From Nemertoderma westbladi (taxonomy: Eukaryota > Animalia > Xenacoelomorpha), in assembly GCA_032718475.1 (NCBI GenBank), contig JAUCBJ010006329.1, positions 1 through 64,000 of the forward strand: 64,000 nucleotides of DNA. Direction: 5' to 3'. The notes beneath the pieces were generated by a model, which had not been told where the DNA came from, did no database searches, and was given only the letters and a program-made list of their open reading frames with translations. The position numbers and the translations under genes were made by a program. Shown here in pieces: positions 40,120-50,087 of the stretch. Numbering within the stretch: the stretch's first letter is position 1; every line of letters begins with the position of its first letter.

Positions 40120-42594
40120 ATGAGTGAATCGGGCGAGACACCGCCGCGGACCCCGGATGAAGACCTAACGATCCGCGAGGCCGCGACCAAGCGATACAGG
40201 CCCACGACGCCGGAGCCATCGATAACGGGCGAACCGGAAGTCCAGAACGAGGAGGGCCTGGAACCCGAAGTCGAGCCAAGAGAGAAAGAGAGCGAGACGG
40301 AGGGAGAAGGAGACGAGTCGACACGAGACGGAGAACGGCGCGCCGATGTCGCCGGCCAGCTACCGGCCGAGGGCGACGAGCGGCCCACCGAAACGGCGAC
40401 GATGGGGCCGACGGTGCGACGCCGGACGCGAAGAGACGGAGGAGAGATCGGTACCGATGTCGCCGGCCAGCTACAGGCCGAGGGCGACGGACGGCCCACC
40501 GGAACGGCGACGGTGGAGCCGCCGGTACGACGTCGAACCCGGAGGGACGGAGGAGAGGTCGGCGACGAGGACGTCGGGGTTTCTGAGCGACTTCGACGGG
40601 CCTACAACGCGACCCGGAAGCTGATAAACGACGCCAAGAAGGAAGGGGCGAAGGTAGACGAGGTGAGACTGAGAAAGCGACTAGGTGAGTCGGATAGACA
40701 CTTAAGTTACCTAATACGTTTTGGGCAGAGAGAACTGGCCGGGGAGAGAGCAGAAGGGATAGCCGGCGAACTGTTTGAACTATGGGAGTGTGGGAGTATG
40801 GAACCTAGTATAGCGCCATTGTACATAGGGCCATACTTGGTCGATGCCCGGGGAGTAAAACCAGTGGGTTGGAGGGGACTCGAAGGGGGCGAATCCGAGG
40901 TTAACCCCGAGGATTCGGCCTCGTCGGTCGGAGAAAGCTCCGGGAGGCGGGGGAAAGTTAGTAGGTCGGGAAGGCGGGGGAAGTCCGTCGTAACCGATAA
41001 GTCTGTTACATCCTCCGCGAAAGAAAGAGTGGTGAGAGAGGTAGGTGCCGCATACCGTCTCGACGTGGCAGAGCAAGGTCAGAAGGAAATGGAGGAACGG
41101 CTAGAGGAGGGGAGAGCGCGGTTAGCGAGGGAAGCGGCATTGATTAAAGAGAACGGAGAGAGGCTCGAAAGGGCTTTGATGAGCCTTAGGGAGAGTGACG
41201 AAATAGAGGAAAAGGAGTGTAGAGAGCGTGAGGCTAGGGAGGAAAAGGAACGCAAAGAGCGTGAGGCGGAACGCAAGGAATATGAGGCGAGAAAGGAAAA
41301 GGAACGCAAAGAGCGTGAGGCGGAACGCAAGGAATATGAGGCGAGAAAGGAAAAGGAACGTAAGGAGCGTGAGGCGAGGCGAAGGGAGATCGCTAGGAGT
41401 GTGGTAGAGTCGGACAGACGGGACAGTCAGGAGAGTGAGAAGAGAGGGGCAAAGGCTGAGCAAGAGCTAAGGGATTTAGAGAAACGCCAAGGTGAATCGG
41501 CGAAAAATAAGATTAGACGGGCGCACGAACTGGAACTGGTCCGAGCGTTGCCGTCTGAAAGCGGGGCCGGCTCGAGTATTTTTGAGGAGCCAGGGGCCGT
41601 AGACACGTTTATTAATACCCCACTGACAGGGACCGCACGACAGACCCAAAACTGGTGTGACCGTACGGGCGGGGGGGGGGGTAATAATAATGATGGTACA
41701 GTAGACGTTGTTGATATTAATAGTACCGTATGGGATAACTCTAATCAAACCTTTATTGCAGGGAATACTTTACCTAGTGGTAGTAACTTAAATTTAAATC
41801 AGAACGTCCCTAGTATTAATGTAGAAAATAATCCTAATATTGATGTAGTTACGCAAAATAATTCAAATAATCAAAATAATAACCCGAATTCGGACCTACA
41901 AAATAACTTAAATAACGCAATTACACAAAATAATTCGAATAATTTAAATAATGATCTTAGCCCGAATTTACAAAATAATTCAGATAACGTAGTCGCGCAG
42001 AATAATACAAATGATTTTGTTTCAAACGAGCAAATTAATTCCGTTTCCAATATGGGTGCTATTAATGTAAATACGTCTGGCCTACATAACCAGGGAGCAG
42101 AGGGCCTGGTAGGCCACGTAGTTAGTAGACAGGAAGCAGAGGGCCTGGTAGGCCACGTAGTTAGTAGACAGGCAGCAGAGGGCCTGGTAGGCCACGTAGT
42201 TAGTAGACAGGCAGCAGAGGGCCTGGTAGGCCACGTAGTTAGTAGACAGGGAGCAGAGGGCCTGGTAGGCCACGTAGTTAGTAGACAGGCAGCAGAGGGC
42301 CTGGTAGGCCACGTAGTTAGTAGACAGGGAGGAGAGGGCCTGGTAGGCCACGTAGTTGGTAGGCAGGGAGTAGAGGGTCTGGTAGGCCACGCAATAGCAG
42401 AGGGAGAGGCGGGGGTGAATAGACCCGACCGTGGTAGGGTTGATGTGTCGACTAGAGAGATATATAGTAGCGGGGCGAGAGGTAGCGAAGTAGAATGTAG
42501 CGGGTGGGGGGGGGCTACAAGGGCCCCACAACAGAGAGTTAGCGGCGAGAGGGGGGGGGGGGGCAGAGAGTGTCCCACAGCCGTCAGCGGATAA
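40120..42594 (+). CDS. N-terminal part of the Gag(-Pol) polyprotein: low-complexity, coiled-coil, Asn-rich, with internal tandem repeats
   Basis: 824-aa ORF from an ATG 80 bp after the 5' LTR. E/R/K-rich helical region and N-rich tract. Overlaps the next ORF (open from 42543) across a G13 run, so it probably belongs to one polyprotein. Confidence 0.7.
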   Translation: MSESGETPPRTPDEDLTIREAATKRYRPTTPEPSITGEPEVQNEEGLEPEVEPREKESETEGEGDESTRDGERRADVAGQLPAEGDERPTETATMGPTVRRRTRRDGGEIGTDVAGQLQAEGDGRPTGTATVEPPVRRRTRRDGGEVGDEDVGVSERLRRAYNATRKLINDAKKEGAKVDEVRLRKRLGESDRHLSYLIRFGQRELAGERAEGIAGELFELWECGSMEPSIAPLYIGPYLVDARGVKPVGWRGLEGGESEVNPEDSASSVGESSGRRGKVSRSGRRGKSVVTDKSVTSSAKERVVREVGAAYRLDVAEQGQKEMEERLEEGRARLAREAALIKENGERLERALMSLRESDEIEEKECREREAREEKERKEREAERKEYEARKEKERKEREAERKEYEARKEKERKEREARRREIARSVVESDRRDSQESEKRGAKAEQELRDLEKRQGESAKNKIRRAHELELVRALPSESGAGSSIFEEPGAVDTFINTPLTGTARQTQNWCDRTGGGGGNNNDGTVDVVDINSTVWDNSNQTFIAGNTLPSGSNLNLNQNVPSINVENNPNIDVVTQNNSNNQNNNPNSDLQNNLNNAITQNNSNNLNNDLSPNLQNNSDNVVAQNNTNDFVSNEQINSVSNMGAINVNTSGLHNQGAEGLVGHVVSRQEAEGLVGHVVSRQAAEGLVGHVVSRQAAEGLVGHVVSRQGAEGLVGHVVSRQAAEGLVGHVVSRQGGEGLVGHVVGRQGVEGLVGHAIAEGEAGVNRPDRGRVDVSTREIYSSGARGSEVECSGWGGATRAPQQRVSGERGGGGRECPTAVSG
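42091..42390 (+). repeat. 39-bp coding minisatellite (13 aa, QxAEGLVGHVVSR), 7 full + 1 partial copy
   Basis: Unit CAGG(G/C)AGCAGAGGGCCTGGTAGGCCACGTAGTTAGTAGA read directly from the sequence. Confidence 0.95.
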
Positions 42595-45290
42595 TGCGAG
42601 GGCCGAACAAGGTAAACCGCAACAACCGGCGACGGAAAGTAATAGGGGGATTGCGAGTATCCCCAGCGACGTGCGACCGAGCAGAGAAAGACAGGTTGAC
42701 GTCGCGGAGAGGGCGGACGGAGCGTCGAGCCCGATCAGAGGAGGAAAGAAGAACAGTGGGGTTTAACCGGGAGGTCGACGAGAGATCTCGTGAGCGGGAA
42801 TATTCCACTGATAGGAGAAGAGAGGAAGACAGTAGTAGAAGTATCGCCGCAAACGATAGAAGAGCGAGGACGGACAGCGAGCCGTCGGTAGTCGAGATGA
42901 GAACGGAGAGTCAGTGGGGTCGGACTCCGGGAGATTGCCGTCGCCCCGGAGGGATGCGATCCGGTGAGGCGCATTACACGCCGAGAGAGGGGTACGCGAT
43001 GTACCGGTACGAGGATGAAAACAGTGGAGAGGGGGGTCGAAGAGAAACTTTCCGACGGAATATACCTACCGATCGAGAATACGGTAGCCGCGGGGAGGAT
43101 TATTCGAGAAGAATAAACTTCGATCCCGAGCAACACATGCAGACTGTAGGGCATACTGTAGGTCTTACTGCACATACCGTAGGCCATACTGAGAGAGGCA
43201 ATGTAGGCGATAGGATAGCGTGGACAACGGGATTAAACCCGGAAGTCGCGGAATACATACCGGCGAGTAGGCCAGAAGCTGATAGGCCTATACCGGTACC
43301 AGCACAGCAGTATGACTACAGCATGCAGGGACATAACATATACCCAGGGGAGGGGGGAATTATTGCGGATAGGTGCATGGGCCCCAACATATTAACATCA
43401 ACCCCAGTACCAGACATACCGGTGGGGGGGGGACAGGGTGACATTCCCCCATCACAATATCAACAATATACCCCAACAGGAACAAGAACAACGAGACCCC
43501 TAGATGAAAACAGGTCGTGTGATACAGACATATGGAGGGGGCCGCTACCCCCGATGACATATCCGAGTCAGAGAAGATCAAGAAATAGGACGGACGAACC
43601 GCACCAGACAGGGGAAACTATACAGCGCCCGTCGAATCCATTGGAAGCGCAGGCGATGGGGATGGCCACGTTGATCGATGCGTTGAAAACGAGGATCGAA
43701 TTACCACCCGTGGAACCATTCAAATTCGATGGGAGCAGGCCGGAAGAATACTTACAGTTTCGGCGAATGTATAGTAACGAAATACTAACAAAAAACTTGA
43801 CGCAGGCGGAGTGCCTAAAGTATCTACAAGTGTACACGGGAGGCCCAGCATACGACATCGTGAGGCAATATCAGGGAATAGAGGGCGGCTTCACGACAGC
43901 ATGGCGGGCACTGGATAGGGAATACGGGCACCCGGCCAAGATCATCAGGCAGACGCTGAGAGGCATAACATCGGGTGGCCTACAGGATAATCCCGTTAGC
44001 ATTAAGACGTTTGCTAACAAAGTCGAGAAGGCGCTGATCGTGCTGAAGACGCTAGACGCGCCATACGAGCTCAACGCGTCCAACAACATCACCACGATAG
44101 CGCAGGCACTACCGAGCTGGCTGCGCAACAAATGGAGGAAGATCGCTTTCTCCACTCGAGACAAGAAGGGTGCGGAACCAGGTTTAGAAGAAATGTCAAA
44201 CTTCTTAAATTACGAGGCTGAACTAATAACTGACCCAGTCTATAGCGAAGACAGCCTGGGAAAGGGACCAAAGACAGACTACCATAGACCAAAACCAGAG
44301 CACAACACATCGAACGCGTTACCGAGACTCAGGCAATCATTGCCATATGCAGCGACGCAGGGGACTGCAAGTCCACAGACAAACGAAGATAAGACAACAT
44401 CAAGGGACGGACAGGGGAACAATAACAACATGAATAAACATAACCCCAGTACGTCCAGTAGGCCAAACCCAGTCAATAAGAATAGTAGGGACTTTGGTAC
44501 GAATATAACTGCGATACGCAATGCATTGTATAAAGAGGGCTACGACCCAAAGAGCAAATGCCAGTTACACGCAAATGCGCTTCATAAAACCATGAACTGC
44601 AGGTACTGGCAGGCGCTACCGAGGCAAGACCAGATAGATTACGCGTCGAGCAATAAAATCTGCTCGCGATGTGTGAAGAGTGGACACAAGGCCAGGGAAT
44701 GCCAAGAGAAGCCGGTCAAGTTTGGCCAAAGGAGAGGCCAAACGATGGCAACGAGCACGGTAGGGGCGAAGAAGAGAGGTACGGTGTTACTTGGAGTAGT
44801 ACCAGTACGAGTGATCGGGGAAGGCAATCGATCAGTAACAACACTAATGCTGGTTGATAGTGGAGCTGCCTTCACATTAGTTGAGGAATGGGTAGCCGAA
44901 GAAATAGGGTTGAGAACGAGGCCAAGCAGAATGGCGGTAACAACCATCTCTAGCAAAGATGAGGTCCTAGAGATGAGGACAGGACGGTGCGCAATTGCAG
45001 CAGTGGCACCAGGATGCGATTATGGGGCAACCATCGACCCCATCCAAGTAATAGAGTCAATTAACATCAATGCCAGGCGGCCAACCAACATCGAGGTCGA
45101 GCAATACAAATTCCTGGACGACATTGACTTCTCGATCCCAGACGTGGACGTTAGGAAGGTATCCATCATAGTAGGAATGGACTGCCCGACGGCCCACGAG
45201 AAGAATGCAAACGGTCTTCGGCGAAGACAAGCAGAGCGACCCGGTGGCCATATTAACACCATTCGGGTGGACGCTGAGTGGTCCAATTAA
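42570..45290 (+). CDS. gag: BEL/Pao Gag core (DUF1759-like), zinc knuckles and aspartic protease; frameshifted fragment
   Basis: FKFDGSRPEEYLQF...AWRALDREYG capsid-like region; CQLHANALHKTMNC and CSRCVKSGHKAREC knuckles; protease MLVDSGA...IIVGMD. Homology moves to another frame near 45200. Confidence 0.88.
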   Translation: MSHSRQRIMRGPNKVNRNNRRRKVIGGLRVSPATCDRAEKDRLTSRRGRTERRARSEEERRTVGFNREVDERSREREYSTDRRREEDSSRSIAANDRRARTDSEPSVVEMRTESQWGRTPGDCRRPGGMRSGEAHYTPREGYAMYRYEDENSGEGGRRETFRRNIPTDREYGSRGEDYSRRINFDPEQHMQTVGHTVGLTAHTVGHTERGNVGDRIAWTTGLNPEVAEYIPASRPEADRPIPVPAQQYDYSMQGHNIYPGEGGIIADRCMGPNILTSTPVPDIPVGGGQGDIPPSQYQQYTPTGTRTTRPLDENRSCDTDIWRGPLPPMTYPSQRRSRNRTDEPHQTGETIQRPSNPLEAQAMGMATLIDALKTRIELPPVEPFKFDGSRPEEYLQFRRMYSNEILTKNLTQAECLKYLQVYTGGPAYDIVRQYQGIEGGFTTAWRALDREYGHPAKIIRQTLRGITSGGLQDNPVSIKTFANKVEKALIVLKTLDAPYELNASNNITTIAQALPSWLRNKWRKIAFSTRDKKGAEPGLEEMSNFLNYEAELITDPVYSEDSLGKGPKTDYHRPKPEHNTSNALPRLRQSLPYAATQGTASPQTNEDKTTSRDGQGNNNNMNKHNPSTSSRPNPVNKNSRDFGTNITAIRNALYKEGYDPKSKCQLHANALHKTMNCRYWQALPRQDQIDYASSNKICSRCVKSGHKARECQEKPVKFGQRRGQTMATSTVGAKKRGTVLLGVVPVRVIGEGNRSVTTLMLVDSGAAFTLVEEWVAEEIGLRTRPSRMAVTTISSKDEVLEMRTGRCAIAAVAPGCDYGATIDPIQVIESININARRPTNIEVEQYKFLDDIDFSIPDVDVRKVSIIVGMDCPTAHEKNANGLRRRQAERPGGHINTIRVDAEWSN

Positions 45291-45891
45291 GAGCAAGATA
45301 CCATTCAGGATGTCGGAGACATCAGGATGCATGTTCGCGGGAACAATGCAGGAAATGGGTGATGAGGGAGCAGAGGAGCAGCTTAAAAGACTGCTCAGAC
45401 AAGACTTTGAGGGACTGAAAGAGACCGGGGTCGGGACCTCGGTAGAAGACAAACAGGCTCTACAAAGCGTGGAGGAATCGATGACGTGTGATGAGGGGCG
45501 GTATACAATAGGAATGGTATGGAAACTACCGAAGATACCGCTACCCGATAATAGAGGGATGGTACTCACGAGACTCCGCAAGCTGAAACAAACACTACAA
45601 CGGAGCCCCGAGAAGAACGAGTACATTCACAAAACGATAAAGAAGTACGTCGAGAAAGGATGGGCCGTGGAGTTACCGGTCGACGAGCCGAACACGGACA
45701 GGACATACTACCTGCCACTCCACGTAGCTTTAGACCCAAAGAAAGGTAAACTTAGGATGGTAGTCGATGCATCGGCAAAGACCGACGGAAAGTGCTTAAA
45801 CGACTACCTACTAGAGGGCCCAAACATATACAATTCGGGCATAGAAGTACTACTTAGATTTCAGGAATGGGAAACACGCCTTCACGTGTGA
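45205..45891 (+). pseudogene. pol: Pol fragment: PR-RT linker and N-terminal RT, bounded by frameshifts
   Basis: PVAILTPFGWTLSGP, YYLPLH, KLRMVVDAS, LNDYLLEGPN, LLRF. The continuation HAFTCDIEGMFNQV lies in the next frame (shift at ~45870). Confidence 0.88.
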
Positions 45892-45901
45892 CATAGAAGG
45901 C

Positions 45902-48766
45902 ATGTTCAACCAAGTCCGAGTAACAGAGGAAGATAGCGACAGTCAACGCTTCTTATGGTATAACGGCGAAGAAGAACCGCCTATAATACCGGCATATAAG
46001 ATGGTAGTACAAAACATGGGGGCCAAGTCGTCCTCATTTACGACGACTATGGCAGTGAGAGACACGGTAAAGGGGAAGGAAGATAGATACAGCAGTAGGG
46101 CCGTCGATATGATCCGACGCGGCTTCTACGTAGACGACGGTATGGAGTCTGGAAATACGGTTGAGGAGATACTGGAAACAGGGCGCGAGGTTCGCGACAT
46201 CCTGAAAGGATCCGGCTTCAACCTGACCAAATTCCAATCCAGTTCAGAAGAATTTATCAAGGCAATAGAGGACAAGAAACCAGAATCGACCATGGACAAC
46301 CCTACAACAGCCAAAGGACAGGACATGGCGATTAAGAGAACGGAATCCCAGCAGAAGGCATTGGGAATCGTGTGGGATAGAAAAACAGACGAACTGAAGT
46401 ATCAGCTGAGCCAGGAGGGCGCAGACACCCATACGAAGAGGGGTTATGTATCGTATATAGCAAGGATATACGATCCCCTAGGCCTAGCATCCCCATTACT
46501 AGTCACGGGGAAACAGATACTCAAGAGAGTATATAAATTGAAGGATGAGTGGGATGTAGAGGTACCAGAGGACATCAAGAAACAGTGGAGCAAATGGACA
46601 GGAGACTTGGAGAGGATGGGAACATACAACATGCCGCGAGTGTATTTCCCGGACGGGAACATGACGAATCTGGACCTACATATGTTCTCCGACGCGTCGT
46701 TAGAGGCATACGGAGCGGCACTCTATTTAGTACAACGAGAGGGGCCTCACAAGCCCAGACTAGCCTTTAGCAAAGCTAAGTCAACGCCGCCAGATTCAGC
46801 ATCTGTTCCCAAGTTAGAATTGACAGCTGCGAGACTAGGAGTTAGAGCCACAGCCTACCTAGTGGATACAATTCCCAACATAGTGGAGACACACTACTGG
46901 ACGGACTCCATGGTAGTGCTTGGTTGGCTACACAACGAAAAGACGAGATACCCGATATTCGTCGCGAATAGAGTGGACGAAATAAGAGCAACCACAGAAC
47001 TAGAAAGGTGGCACTACTGCCCAACAGATGAGAACCCAGCGGACTTGCTGTCGAGGGGCGTGGAACGCCACACTTTCCTGAAGAAGGAAGTATTGTGGCA
47101 ACATGGGCCACAATTTCTGAGCGATAGAGAGGCCTGGCCGCCGATGAGGAAGGTGGACCCGGGCTCGGAAGTAGTATCAGAAGGAGAAGAGGGAGATTCA
47201 GAGGGAGAAGAGATATACTCCCAGATGGTGAGGGAGATTAGGGACGTGCAACCAGGAAGGGAACTGTGCGATAACCCGACGGATAAACTCCTCAGCTACA
47301 GTTCTAGTTGGTATAAGACCAAGAAACTAGTGGCGTACTGGAGAGCCTTTGGGAATTTCCTTGCGGGAGTCGGCAAGGACAAGAAGATCAGGACAACCAT
47401 AGATCTGGAAGGAGCGGCCAAGGCAGTGATCCGCTATGAACAACGGAAGAACTACGGCGACGAGGTGGAACGCGTCGGTAACCAACAGCACCTCCGACGG
47501 GACAGCGAGTTGATCACGCTGTCGCCACAACTCAATGACGACGGGATTCTAGTAATGAATTCTAGGGTGGGATACAACAACAGTATAGTCGTACCACCGA
47601 AACCCATCATCATTCCTACAGGATCGCCAATAGTCCACCAGATTATATGGGACTCCCATAAATCGATATTGCATGGGGGCACCAACCGAACCCTCACAGA
47701 GATAAGGAGGACCTTTTGGGTCAAACAACTAAGGAAGAAGGTTAAAGCGGTAGTGGGGCAGTGCCAGACCTGCCGACGGGCGAAGAAGGAGCGAGCCATA
47801 CAGGAGATGGCGCCACTACCGGCGAGTAGGGTAAGACAGCACGACCCGCCATTTACGCATTGCGGTGTGGACATGTTCGGGCCGATAAAGATCAAGGTGA
47901 TGCGACACACGGAGAAACGCTACGGTATTATCTTCGTATGCAACAATACGCGGGCGGTAGGGATAGAACTCGCCCAAGATGCAACCGCATCAGCATTCAT
48001 TAACGCCTTAGAAAGGTTTAGGGACCGCAAAGGTGGGACGATCGCAGTGATATATAGCGACAACGGCACCAACTTTGTGGGCGCAGAGAGTGAGATGGCA
48101 GAGGCCTTAGACATCTTGGAGGGAGAAGAAGTCAGGGCGGCCATGAGGAGACGACAAGTGAAGTGGGAGAGAAGGACGCCGTATGCACCACATACACTAG
48201 GATGCGTCGAGAGACTGGTGGGCAGTTCAAAACGTCTAATGACGAAGCTGATGAACACCCACATGGTCACTGAAGACGTCTTACGGACAGTACTTGCGAA
48301 GTGCGAGGGGATCATTAATAGCAGACCGCTATATCCAGAGAATGATGACCCTGAGTCATTAGACGTGCTAACACCTAGCCATTTCCTGATGGAAAGGCCA
48401 GCGACCATCGATATGCGGGGTGTAGACCCAGATGATATACACTCCCGCCAAAGTTGGAAAGTAGCTAAAGCAATTAGCGCAGAATACTGGAGGAGGTGGG
48501 TAGAGGAATACCTACCCACACTCCATAAGCGGAGCAAGTGGAGGAAGCCGAACAGGGAGTTAAGAGAGGGAGATCTCGTAATCGTCACGGATGATACTAT
48601 CATCAACAACCAGTGGCGGTTGGCGAGAGTTGTAGGCACCTACTCCGACGAGGACGGAAGAGTCCGATCGGTAGAAGTGCGGATAGGTGGAAAGATAGGT
48701 GCGAAGGACAGAAAAACCTACAGGAGAGCGGTAGGTAAATGCTGTCTTCTAGAAGGGGCACCTTAA
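45902..48766 (+). CDS. pol: Pol: RT core, RNase H (Pao peptidase A17-like domain), integrase
   Basis: RGFYVDD; HMFSDASLEAYGA; PKLEL; WTDS; HHCC (SHKSILHGG...CQTC); DDE (GVDMFGP, YSDNGTNF, VERLV); C-terminal W..W.EEYL..L..RSKW and GDLV...W.LARV. The ATG at 45902 is internal, not a true start. Confidence 0.93.
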   Translation: MFNQVRVTEEDSDSQRFLWYNGEEEPPIIPAYKMVVQNMGAKSSSFTTTMAVRDTVKGKEDRYSSRAVDMIRRGFYVDDGMESGNTVEEILETGREVRDILKGSGFNLTKFQSSSEEFIKAIEDKKPESTMDNPTTAKGQDMAIKRTESQQKALGIVWDRKTDELKYQLSQEGADTHTKRGYVSYIARIYDPLGLASPLLVTGKQILKRVYKLKDEWDVEVPEDIKKQWSKWTGDLERMGTYNMPRVYFPDGNMTNLDLHMFSDASLEAYGAALYLVQREGPHKPRLAFSKAKSTPPDSASVPKLELTAARLGVRATAYLVDTIPNIVETHYWTDSMVVLGWLHNEKTRYPIFVANRVDEIRATTELERWHYCPTDENPADLLSRGVERHTFLKKEVLWQHGPQFLSDREAWPPMRKVDPGSEVVSEGEEGDSEGEEIYSQMVREIRDVQPGRELCDNPTDKLLSYSSSWYKTKKLVAYWRAFGNFLAGVGKDKKIRTTIDLEGAAKAVIRYEQRKNYGDEVERVGNQQHLRRDSELITLSPQLNDDGILVMNSRVGYNNSIVVPPKPIIIPTGSPIVHQIIWDSHKSILHGGTNRTLTEIRRTFWVKQLRKKVKAVVGQCQTCRRAKKERAIQEMAPLPASRVRQHDPPFTHCGVDMFGPIKIKVMRHTEKRYGIIFVCNNTRAVGIELAQDATASAFINALERFRDRKGGTIAVIYSDNGTNFVGAESEMAEALDILEGEEVRAAMRRRQVKWERRTPYAPHTLGCVERLVGSSKRLMTKLMNTHMVTEDVLRTVLAKCEGIINSRPLYPENDDPESLDVLTPSHFLMERPATIDMRGVDPDDIHSRQSWKVAKAISAEYWRRWVEEYLPTLHKRSKWRKPNRELREGDLVIVTDDTIINNQWRLARVVGTYSDEDGRVRSVEVRIGGKIGAKDRKTYRRAVGKCCLLEGAP

Positions 48767-48885
48767 AGCGGAGTTAGAGTGAAGTTTAGTCGTCCAAGTT
48801 TTGGACTGAGGGGGGTGGGATTGAGGGCGAGACGCCCTTCCCACACAAATAAAAATAAAAATAAAATAAAAATAATAGTACATAG

Positions 48886-49580
48886 TAGGTACGTAGTACC
48901 TAGAGTTAGTTACTTAGTTAGTAGGTACGTAGTACCTAGAGTTAGTTAGAGAGTTAGTAGGCAGAAATTAGCTAAGAGGTACGTAGTACCTAGTTAGTTA
49001 GTTAGTTAATAGGTACGTAGTACCTAGTTAGAGTTAGAGAGTTAGTAGGTACGTAGTACCTAGAGTTAGTTAGTTAGTAGGTACGTAGTACCTAGAGTTA
49101 GTTAGTTAGTAGGTACGTAGTACCTAGTTAGAGTTAGAGAGTTAGTAGGTACGTAGTACCTAGAGTTAGGGAGTTAGTAGGTATGTAGTACCTAGAGTAG
49201 AGAGTTAGTAGGTACGTAGTACCTAGAGTTAGTTAGAGAGTTAGTAGGTACGTAGTACCTAGAGTTAGAGAGTTAGTAGGTACGTAGTACCTAGAGTTAG
49301 TTAGAGAGTTAGTAGGTACGTAGTACCTAGAGTTAGTTAGAGAGTTAGTAGGTACGTAGTACCTAGAGTTAGTTAGAGAGTTAGTAGGTACGTAGTACCT
49401 AGTTAGAGTTAGAGTTAGAGGGTACGTAGTACTGCTAGTTAGAGTTAGAGTTAGAGGGTACGTAGTACCGCTAGTTAGAGTTAGAGTTAGAGGGTACGTA
49501 GTACCGCTAGTTAGAGTTAGAGTTAGAAGGTACGTAGTACCGTTAGTTAGAGTTAGAGGGTACGTAGTACCATTAGTTAG
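48886..49580 (+). repeat. Array of 20 palindromic units (T)AGGTAC-GTA-GTACCT(A) with variable AGTT/AGAGTT spacers, period mostly 30-36 bp
   Basis: Cores counted at about 48886, 48922, 48977, 49010, 49046, 49078, 49110, 49146, 49178, 49209, 49245, 49277, 49313, 49349, 49385, 49421, 49457, 49493, 49529, 49559. Confidence 0.93.
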
Positions 49581-50087
49581 AAGAAGAGAGAGTAAGAGGT
49601 AAAAGGGGGTAAATAGGATATAGATATTAATTAGCAGTAAGTAGAGTTAGTAGCGAGAGGGGGGCATATGAGTACAGCTGGATAAATCGTGTGGCCACAC
49701 GACGCATACTGCTGTACTGCATAGGCCCACTGAGTAGGCCAGAATATGGATCAGAGAGAGAATAGAATAAATCCATAGGCAGTAGTAAGTAGTAGGACAG
49801 TAGAATCAAAGCAAAATAAACAAATAAATAGAATAGGGCTGAAAGTTAGGAAATAGTGGCAACACAAGCGAAATCGTTCTAGAACATAATAAAAGTAACG
49901 GACAGAAATTGTAAATTAGGCTGATTTACTAGCTCTGAAATTAATTAGGTAAAATTAAGCTTGAAAGGCGCAATTAAGTAGAAAGTAGGCCATTGTCGAA
50001 CTGTACGAAACATCTTAAATACTTCACTCATCTGTATTGCGCCTTGGTAAGGCACCACCCTACAGGTGAGCGAGTGTAGTGTTCGGA

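Noticed and set aside
48500-48766. Chromodomain or targeting domain at the integrase C-terminus
   Set aside because: The ORF ends just after the usual BEL C-terminal domain; no extension is visible.
48886-49580. CRISPR-like look (palindromic repeat plus spacer)
   Set aside because: Spacers are short low-complexity permutations of AGTT/AGAG rather than unique sequences; no cas genes; context is a eukaryotic retrotransposon.
48886-49580. Telomeric TTAGG repeat
   Set aside because: TTAG words are common, but there is no (TTAGG)n or (TTAGGG)n run.
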